Assembly (NCBI GenBank): GCA_965222375.1
Contig: CBDCTZ010000016.1
Coordinates: forward strand, 1,472,001-1,536,000
Origin: Polyangiaceae bacterium
Lineage (GTDB): Bacteria > Myxococcota_A > Polyangia > Polyangiales > Polyangiaceae
Reading direction: 5' to 3'
Length of the DNA stretch: 64,000 nucleotides
Shown here: positions 57,175-64,000 of the stretch, piece by piece
How the letters are laid out: every line of letters starts with the position of its first letter
How positions within the stretch are numbered: position 1 is the first letter of the stretch
Notes under the pieces: generated by a model
What the model was told of the DNA's origin: nothing
Databases searched by the model: none
What the model saw: only the letters and a program-made list of their open reading frames with translations
Program-made: the position numbers and the translations under genes

Positions 57175-57347
57175 TTGCGTATCGCGCCGCGCGGCAGAGT
57201 CGCAGCGGCCAGAGTCAACTATACCGTTCGCGTCACGAATGCGGGACCTCGGCGAGCGGAGCGACTGCAATGGTCGCCCTTTCGCGCCCGGTTGATCGTT
57301 TCTCAGCTACACCATGCTCCGCTGCTCGGTGGTAAACTCCGCTCATC

Positions 57348-57899
57348 GTGTCGCCCTATCGCACGTCAGCTCCGCCCCAGGCGCCGGCAGCCTGCCCGCG
57401 CTGTGGCCAGCCGCTCATCGATCTCGCGGTGTGTACCGGCATGGCGCAAGGCTGCCAGCCCTGTAAGGGCGTTTGGCTGGACAATGCCGCCTTCGGCGCC
57501 GTTCGCGAGCACCGATACGCAGCGATCGTCCGCGCCATGGGCCCACGACCTCCGCCCACCACTCGTTACGGTGGCGGCGTCATCTCCTGCCCGGTTTGCC
57601 AAGCCGGAATGACCAAGACGAAGCTCGCCGATGTCGCGCTGGATCATTGCTCGTCCCACGGCACCTGGTTCGACCGCGGTGAGCTGGAAGCCGTCGCCTC
57701 CGCAATATCCCGAGCCAAGGCCAGTTCCATCACCGGGGCTAGACACAGCGAGCCGACGCCGCCACCCGCGAGCGGGGGAATCAATCCCGAGACACTGGCA
57801 CGTGTCGAGCAGCTGAACGCCCAGCTCACTGTTTCAGTGAACCGTGCCGAAACCCAATACTTGATGCATCGAATGCGGCAAATGCACTTGTACCGCTGA
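57348..57899 (+). CDS. Protein with two zf-TFIIB-like zinc ribbons
   Basis: CPRCG...CQPCKGVWLD and CPVCQ...LDHCSSHGTWFDRGEL. Confidence 0.8.
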   Translation: MSPYRTSAPPQAPAACPRCGQPLIDLAVCTGMAQGCQPCKGVWLDNAAFGAVREHRYAAIVRAMGPRPPPTTRYGGGVISCPVCQAGMTKTKLADVALDHCSSHGTWFDRGELEAVASAISRAKASSITGARHSEPTPPPASGGINPETLARVEQLNAQLTVSVNRAETQYLMHRMRQMHLYR

Positions 57900-58081
57900 G
57901 ACGCATGCCCAAAGGGACGGGACAAGCTTGTTCAGTTCTGCTCTCGTGTGCCGCCCCGGGGAGTCATCGGTACCTCGCGCGGTGCGAGTGGTGCGCGCGA
58001 GCCTCCAGCCGCGCCAGCTAGTCCGAGGGAGGTTCGACAACCAGGCTGAACGTCACTCCTGCTGGCTAGCGATCGCGTTCG

Positions 58082-58987
58082 CTATTTCTTGCCTGAAAAC
58101 AAGAGCACACCCGCGAGCAAGGCTCCTACTGCCGTCAGTCCGGGAAGGTCACCATCCACGTCGTCAATGCGATTGGCCGGTGACCGATCAGCGTAGCGCA
58201 CGAGATGGGCAAACGGGGCGAGCGGATTCCTAATTGCGTAGTTGTGATTCGGAAATGTCTTCTTGAGCAGGAACAGATCCCGCAGGCCAAAGGGGTTGTC
58301 GTTGCCCGGCCTGAATCCCCAGTGCCGCCTGGTCTTTCTGCTGAGCCACTTTGCCGGCAGCAGAGCGGGACCAACGTACGCCTCACGAAAGAAGAACATC
58401 CCTCCCGGTTTGAGCACGCGATGGATTTCGGGAATCGACCGCTGGCGGTCGGTGTGGTGGTACGTACCAAAGGAGATGAGAAAGTCGACGCTCTCATCGC
58501 CAAAAGGCATTCGTTCGGCAGGGGCGCGTACCGAAACAACTTCTGCATCCTTGTGCTCCGCGAACTGAACAGTGTTCTTCCGCGCACACAGCAGAGACTG
58601 CCTACTCACCTCAAGGTGGAAGAGCTTCCTGCCACCAGATCTCAAGACCATGAGCCCAGAAAGCCCGGTTCCTCCAACGTCGAGACAAACCTTGTCGTGC
58701 AGATCCATCTGGCGAAGTTCAGGCAACATGCGCCGCGCGCTTGGGTCGAACAAGCTTCCACTGAAGTAGTCCGTCAATGTAATCGCGTCTGCCGGCCAAA
58801 TCCTCGTTGGGTTCTTGCTGACCTTTTCGTCCCAATGGTCGATTTCCTCTTTCAGATGGTTGAAACTGTCATCTGCGCTGAGGAAATCGCAGATCCCGTG
58901 CTCAACGGTGACCGTAAAACCGCAGGTCGTGCAGGTCAGTTCCGGCAAAGGCGCCCGGCACTTGGCGCAAAGCAGGACTAGTTCCAT
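58082..58987 (-). CDS. Class I SAM-dependent methyltransferase with N-terminal zinc ribbon
   Basis: CAKCRAPL..LTCTTCG; LDVGGTG; AERMPFGDESVD; EIHRVLKPGG. Confidence 0.85.
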   Translation of the reverse strand: MELVLLCAKCRAPLPELTCTTCGFTVTVEHGICDFLSADDSFNHLKEEIDHWDEKVSKNPTRIWPADAITLTDYFSGSLFDPSARRMLPELRQMDLHDKVCLDVGGTGLSGLMVLRSGGRKLFHLEVSRQSLLCARKNTVQFAEHKDAEVVSVRAPAERMPFGDESVDFLISFGTYHHTDRQRSIPEIHRVLKPGGMFFFREAYVGPALLPAKWLSRKTRRHWGFRPGNDNPFGLRDLFLLKKTFPNHNYAIRNPLAPFAHLVRYADRSPANRIDDVDGDLPGLTAVGALLAGVLLFSGKK

Positions 58988-59407
58988 CAGCGTCAGCGGC
59001 TCCGATCCTTTGACTATTAACAGGGATGCTGATTCCTCGTCCCCAATCTTGCAAGACGAATTCGTTCAATACCTCCAGACTTCAACGGTGATGCACCTAG
59101 ATGTCGCTTTTCAGGGTTCAGAAGCTGCGCTCACACATCCGCCAAACAAGGCTCGCGGCTCAGGTTACCGCGATGCGTTCGGGTTTCTTCGTGCGGGTGT
59201 GGCGGGGGCGAGTGCCATCAGGGATGATGAAGCAACGGCCCGGCAAGGCTAGCCGCCGGCGCATGCTGACAGCCCCCAGGATCCCGGCCCGCGAGACGGG
59301 AGTTGAGCGCCCACGGCCCCCTCGCACCGCAGGAGGAGCCCCCTGGACGCTCGATCAAACAAGCAGCCAATCTGAGGTTTCGGGGCTCGCGAGTGCCTTT
59401 CACCGCA

Positions 59408-60988
59408 TCACTTAGCGCGCTTGGCGCTGGCTTCGGCGAGCAAGAAGTCCGCCGCGGCCGCAGGAGTCTTCTTGTCCTCTTCGCGATCCACCATCAGGTT
59501 GGCGGTGCGCATCAGCTCGACGGGAATAGAACCGACCATCGGTGATAGCGCTGCAACGACCTGCGCGTTGTCGGAGACCCGTGGCGAAAGCAGCAGCATC
59601 GCGTCGTAGGGCGGAAAGGCGCGCTTGGGGTCTGTCAGAACCGCCAAGTCGTAGGCCGTGATGCGACCGTCGCTCGAAAACGCGGTGATCACATCGACGC
59701 GGCCGTCCTTCACCGCTTCGTACATGAAGGTGGAGTCGAAACTGGTGGTCGCGCGAAAGCCCAGGCTGTAGGTGCTCTTCAAACGCTTCCACTCGGGGCG
59801 GTCGAAGAACTCGTAGTCACTGCCGAGCTCGAGCTTGGAGGCGTGAGCAGCCAGATCCGTGATGCTCTTGATCTTCAAAGCGTCGGCCTTGTCTCGCCGC
59901 ATCGCCAGGGCGTAGGCGTTTTCGAAACCCAGAGTGCCCAAACTTCGGATCCCGTGCTCTTTGACCAGCCAGCTGCTGACCTCGGACTCGACTTGCCAAG
60001 CAGCAGCAGGCTCCTTGCGCTTCATGCCGTTGGCCCACAAGGTGCCCGAGTAGTCGACGTAGACGTCGATCTGGCTCTGCTTCAGCGCGTCGAAGGCGAC
60101 AGTGGAGCCCAGGCTCTCCGCGCGGCTGACTTTGACACCCGCGCCGGAAAGTCGCTTCTCGATCGCCGACGCCAGGATGTACTGCTCAGTGAACGTCTTG
60201 GAGCCGACACGCACCGTCTGCAGCTTGCCCGGCTCGGCACTGGCTGCAGCTGGAGCACCTGCGGTAGGTTGTGCGGGCGCTGCCGCCTTCGCGGGGAAGA
60301 ACTTCGGCGCCAGCGCGCCGCCGAGCAGCACGGCCAGCAACGCGAGTCCACCGGCTATCAGGCGCCCCTTGTGTCGCTTGGCGACGGCGCTTTCGAGCAA
60401 CGCCAAGATCGCGTCGAGAGTCACCGCCAAGAGCGCCGCCCCGACGCAACCGAAGAGGACGGCCGTCCAATTGCGGGTCTGCAGTCCGCCAAAGATGTAA
60501 TTGCCCAAGCTCGTTTGACCGACGGGCGTGGAAAGCGTGGCAACACCAACCACCCAAACCGCCGAGGTTCGGATCCCCGCCACGATCACCGGTAGCGCCA
60601 AAGGCAATTCGACGCGACGCAGTACTTGTCCTGGCGTCATGCCCAAGCCGTGCGCCGCTTCGACCAGGTCCGGATCCACACTGGCGATCCCGGTGACCGT
60701 GTTGCGGATGATGGGCAGGGCGCTGTACAGCACCAAGGCGACCATAGCTGGCCAAAAGCCGAAAGCACCCAGCAGAGGCACCATCAGCGCCAAGAGCGCC
60801 AAGCTCGGAATGGTTTGGATGATACCCGCGGCCGTCAGCACCACGGTCTGCAAGCGAGACTTGGCCACGAGCACCGCGGTGGGCAGGGAGATCAAGATCC
60901 CGACTCCAAGGGAGAGCGCGACCAGCACGACATGAGCTCCCAAGTAGTTCGGGAGCTTGACGAACTGCTCTGCCACGCTGGCGCTCAC
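59408..60988 (-). CDS. Osmoprotectant (glycine betaine/choline) ABC transporter fused permease + substrate-binding protein
   Basis: QTIPSLALLA, EAAHGLGMT...VELPLALPVIVAGIR, VGSKTFTEQYIL, LGFENAYALAM, FPPYDA. Confidence 0.92.
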   Translation of the reverse strand: MSASVAEQFVKLPNYLGAHVVLVALSLGVGILISLPTAVLVAKSRLQTVVLTAAGIIQTIPSLALLALMVPLLGAFGFWPAMVALVLYSALPIIRNTVTGIASVDPDLVEAAHGLGMTPGQVLRRVELPLALPVIVAGIRTSAVWVVGVATLSTPVGQTSLGNYIFGGLQTRNWTAVLFGCVGAALLAVTLDAILALLESAVAKRHKGRLIAGGLALLAVLLGGALAPKFFPAKAAAPAQPTAGAPAAASAEPGKLQTVRVGSKTFTEQYILASAIEKRLSGAGVKVSRAESLGSTVAFDALKQSQIDVYVDYSGTLWANGMKRKEPAAAWQVESEVSSWLVKEHGIRSLGTLGFENAYALAMRRDKADALKIKSITDLAAHASKLELGSDYEFFDRPEWKRLKSTYSLGFRATTSFDSTFMYEAVKDGRVDVITAFSSDGRITAYDLAVLTDPKRAFPPYDAMLLLSPRVSDNAQVVAALSPMVGSIPVELMRTANLMVDREEDKKTPAAAADFLLAEASAKRAK

Positions 60989-61755
60989 GGTTCGCCACCG
61001 CCGTGCAAGCTGGAGAGGCGCTCGGATTGGCGCTGCGGGGTCTGTACGAAGTGGCGGACCACGTCGTGGGCCGGGTTCGCCATCAGCTCAGCGGGCGTAC
61101 CGACCTGCAACACGCGCCCCTCGTGCATGACCGCGATGCGATCGGCTAGCAGCAGCGCTTCGGTCATGTCGTGGGTGACCATCAGCGTCGTCAGCTCGAG
61201 TTCGTCGTGCAGTCGACGGCAGGCTTGGGCCAAGGTGTCCCGGGTCATCGGGTCCAGGGCACCGAAGGGCTCGTCCATCAGCAGCACTTTTGGCCTCGCT
61301 GCCAACGCACGGGCCAAGCCAACGCGCTGCTGTTGGCCACCGGAGAGTTCCCGCGGAAAGCGATCGCGATAGGCTCTGGGCGGCAACTCGACCAAGTCGA
61401 GCAGTTCGTCGACGCGGCTACGGATCTCGTCGGTGCTCCAGCCACACAGATCCGGAACGATCCCCACGTTTTCGCCCACGGTCATGTGAGGAAAGAGTGC
61501 GAAACGCTGGAACACGGTTCCGATGCTGCGTCGCAACTCGATCGGATCCGTCTTTGCGACGTCCTTGCCGTCGACCCGCACGGTGCCGCCTGTCGGTTCC
61601 ACTAGGCGGTTGACGACCTTCAAGCTGGTCGTCTTGCCGCTGCCCGATTGTCCCACCAAGACCAAGAACTCACCCGGCTCGATCTTCAAGCTGACGTCCC
61701 GAACCGCGAACACGCCGGACTTGAACTCCTTGGTGATGCCTTCGAGCGAAATCAC
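60985..61755 (-). CDS. Osmoprotectant ABC transporter ATP-binding protein
   Basis: GQSGSGKTT, NRLVEPTGG, LSGGQQQRVGLARALA, MDEPFGALDP. Confidence 0.93.
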   Translation of the reverse strand: MISLEGITKEFKSGVFAVRDVSLKIEPGEFLVLVGQSGSGKTTSLKVVNRLVEPTGGTVRVDGKDVAKTDPIELRRSIGTVFQRFALFPHMTVGENVGIVPDLCGWSTDEIRSRVDELLDLVELPPRAYRDRFPRELSGGQQQRVGLARALAARPKVLLMDEPFGALDPMTRDTLAQACRRLHDELELTTLMVTHDMTEALLLADRIAVMHEGRVLQVGTPAELMANPAHDVVRHFVQTPQRQSERLSSLHGGGEP

Positions 61756-62299
61756 GCGCCATAGTTACGCGGGTGCATTTCTGCGCGCAATGTTCCCGCT
61801 GCCAGCTGGTGTACAGCCCCTCAAGATTTCTCGACTTAGCGGGGAAAGCTCGGGTCCTGCATGAGGTTGGTTTTGGGGTCGGTGAGCCGGGCAACGCCTG
61901 GATGAGGCGGAAGCTAGAGGGACGTGAAACAACCCTCATGTTCGGACCGGCCAAGGAGGAACCACTAGTCGGAAGCGAGTCTTGCCAGTCCGGCCCGCCT
62001 GCATCCCGAACGCAGCAAACCCGTACTGCGAGAGGCTGGATGCGGTGGCTCCGGACGTCCAGATCTGTGGGTAGGCCTCGCCGGGCAACCGCCCAGGGCA
62101 CCCGAGCATCCGTGTGGCGCGTCTGGGCCGCTACTCTCGACGCCTCGAGCCCGGTACCAAGACGATACCTGTCTGGCATAGGGCGATCAACGCGAGGGTG
62201 GCCGAGCGAGCGCCGCGGGCAGATGACCGCAATCATTCCCGGGTACGCACAACCCAGGCAGTGTGGCCCTCATCACTTGCAGCGAGGAAACTGCGCCCT

Positions 62300-62929
62300 G
62301 TGAGCTACTACGATTTCTTTTCCCGGGTGTACGATCTCGCAATTGAGCGCACCTATCGCCCATACCGAAAACAGATTGTCGATGCCCTCGAGCTGTCTCC
62401 CGACAGTCGCGTGCTCGACGTTGCCTGTGGTACTGGACAGAACTTCGACCAACTCGTGGCGGCCCTTGGCGCCGAAGGCAGAGTTGCTGGAGTCGACTTG
62501 TCCAAGGGCATGCTGGATGCGGCCCGCCGCCGAGTCGAACGGCGCGGTTTTCGTCAGATCGAATTGCTCCGAACCGATGTACTGGAGCTCGATATTGCAA
62601 AGCTGAAGCCCCTCTTCGGTGGCAAGCGCCCCGACCGCGTGCTGTGCACGCTGGGCATGACGGTGATCCCCGATTGGGAAGCCGCCGTCGAAAGTGTCCT
62701 GCGGGTGCTCGAACCCGGCGGGCACGTCTTGATCTTCGACATCTACGCTGAGACTCGAGTGCCACAAACCTATGTCGCACGGCTATTTGCTCGAGCCGAT
62801 GTCCGCCGAAAAACCTGGCTGCCTCTCGAACGAAAGAGCATCAACTTCGAGCTGACCCAGCTTCCCGGCTCGCCCCACGTGCACGGCGGGCGCCCGTTCA
62901 TCGCCACGGGTGAAAAACCCGTCGCCTGA
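62300..62929 (+). CDS. Class I SAM-dependent methyltransferase (UbiE/PmtA-like)
   Basis: GAGG then GTG at 62300; VLDVACGTGQNF, GVDLSKGML, VLEPGG. Confidence 0.85.
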   Translation: MSYYDFFSRVYDLAIERTYRPYRKQIVDALELSPDSRVLDVACGTGQNFDQLVAALGAEGRVAGVDLSKGMLDAARRRVERRGFRQIELLRTDVLELDIAKLKPLFGGKRPDRVLCTLGMTVIPDWEAAVESVLRVLEPGGHVLIFDIYAETRVPQTYVARLFARADVRRKTWLPLERKSINFELTQLPGSPHVHGGRPFIATGEKPVA

Positions 62930-62970
62930 ATGACGCCCGGCCTACAGCTGTGTGTTAGACCGGTTTCGCC

Positions 62971-63480
62971 ATGAGCCACCCACTTGAAGACGTGATGAGG
63001 GAGAGCGAGCCCTTCCTGCTGATTGGCGACTCCTCCGAAGACCGATTCCCCGCCACGTCCTACGATTGCTACGTGAAGGTGGGCAAACCCTTCTACTGCT
63101 TGGATCTTGGAGGTCGTACCGAGTCTCGAGGTCTCAGCAAGGGCTTGAAGGTCTACCCGAAGCTGGAAGACGTGCCCGAGGATCGGGGGGATCTCGCACT
63201 GATCTGGGTGAAGCCGCGGTCAGCGAAACGAGCCGTGGAAGTCGCGCATGAAGCGGGTTGCAAGCGAGTGTGGTTCAGCTTTTCGACTGGGCACCGAGAT
63301 GCCGTGGCCCGCGCCAAGGAGCTCGAGATGGAGGTAGTCGAGATCGGCCGCTGCCCTGCCTATTACTTGAACAAGCAAACCGCGATATGCAAAGCGCACA
63401 CGGTGCTGACCAAGCTGACTGGCACCTACCGCCGCCCGCCGCAGCTCGACGTCGATGCCAAACGTTGCGAGATGTTCTAG
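62971..63480 (+). CDS. CoA-binding domain protein (YccU-like)
   Basis: IGDS, GLKVYPKLEDVPE..DL, VWFS, EMEVVEIGRC. Confidence 0.75.
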   Translation: MSHPLEDVMRESEPFLLIGDSSEDRFPATSYDCYVKVGKPFYCLDLGGRTESRGLSKGLKVYPKLEDVPEDRGDLALIWVKPRSAKRAVEVAHEAGCKRVWFSFSTGHRDAVARAKELEMEVVEIGRCPAYYLNKQTAICKAHTVLTKLTGTYRRPPQLDVDAKRCEMF

Positions 63481-63511
63481 CCAAGCGCAGCAAGCGTTCG
63501 CGTAAAGGCGG

Positions 63512-64000
63512 TCAACACGAGTGCAGGAAGTGGCTGCGCGGCCGCACAGTCGTCCAGCGCCGTAGGATCTCGGCAGTCTCTTCGTCGCCGGAGGAGAGCT
63601 TGTCGAAGAGGTAGTCCTGGATGCCTTTGTGGACCGCACACAACACGCTTTCGCGCATTCGACCGTGAATCGAGCCCTGGGTCGCGTAGCTGTGCACCGG
63701 GCACACGCCACAGTAGGGGTTGTAGACGCAGGCCACGCAGTCTGGTTGTTGGTCCAGATTGGAGGCGACGACCAGGGAAGCGACGGTGTCATGCTTGACC
63801 AAGTCGCGGTAGCTCGATGACACGTTGCCTATCTGAAACATGTCGTCGCCGGACGCGTGCAACATGCGCCCTTCGTCGCAGGTGAAGATCTTGCCGTCGA
63901 AGTTGTAGGCAAGCTGTCCGATTCCAGCGCCACAAGGAGAGCGGATGTCGACGAAGTTCGGATCCGTATGGGTCAAGATCTTGGTCAGGAAGATCGCGGC
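63512..64000 (-). CDS. hxsB: His-Xaa-Ser system radical SAM maturase HxsB, C-terminal SPASM part (5' end outside window)
   Basis: FLTKILT..DPNFVDIRSPCGAGIGQLAYNFDGKIFTCDEGRM and CVACVYNPYCGVCPV..YATQG...C. Confidence 0.8.
   Translation of the reverse strand, partial: AAIFLTKILTHTDPNFVDIRSPCGAGIGQLAYNFDGKIFTCDEGRMLHASGDDMFQIGNVSSSYRDLVKHDTVASLVVASNLDQQPDCVACVYNPYCGVCPVHSYATQGSIHGRMRESVLCAVHKGIQDYLFDKLSSGDEETAEILRRWTTVRPRSHFLHSC

Noticed and set aside
55500..57300. Prophage or integrative element at the tRNAs
   Set aside because: No integrase or phage genes and no duplicated tRNA 3' end seen in the window.
61756..62299. Possible gene or ncRNA in the 540-bp gap
   Set aside because: ORFs on both strands lack motifs or convincing starts and I recognised no RNA structure; left uncalled.

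Overview
GC-rich chromosomal window whose gene content points to a myxobacterium (Polyangiaceae-like; inference from Cys-rich lipoproteins, a myxosortase-like CPBP protease, FHA and ECF/anti-sigma modules). Housekeeping and metabolic genes include nadC (partial), psd, an alkyl-DHAP-synthase-like oxidoreductase, rpmE-DUF1385-prfA, smpB, a LIV-type ABC operon divergent from an acyl-CoA ligase, an osmoprotectant ABC pair, Fe-S proteins and the 3' part of HxsB. Accessory material includes a collapsed GAF/receiver sensor pseudogene, a DUF222-like HNH element next to an IS4 transposase that lacks an obvious left end, and a DUF4266-DUF3570 operon coupled to c-type cytochrome lipoproteins. The most striking locus is absent from the ORF track: a minus-strand array of seven partly atypical tRNA genes (55500-56409) interrupted by a 120-bp structured tandem repeat. 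It is preceded by a 30-codon leader ORF rich in rare codons and a terminator-like hairpin, and is a candidate translation-stress-sensing, attenuator-controlled cryptic tRNA operon. All calls are by eye; no searches or folding programs were run.
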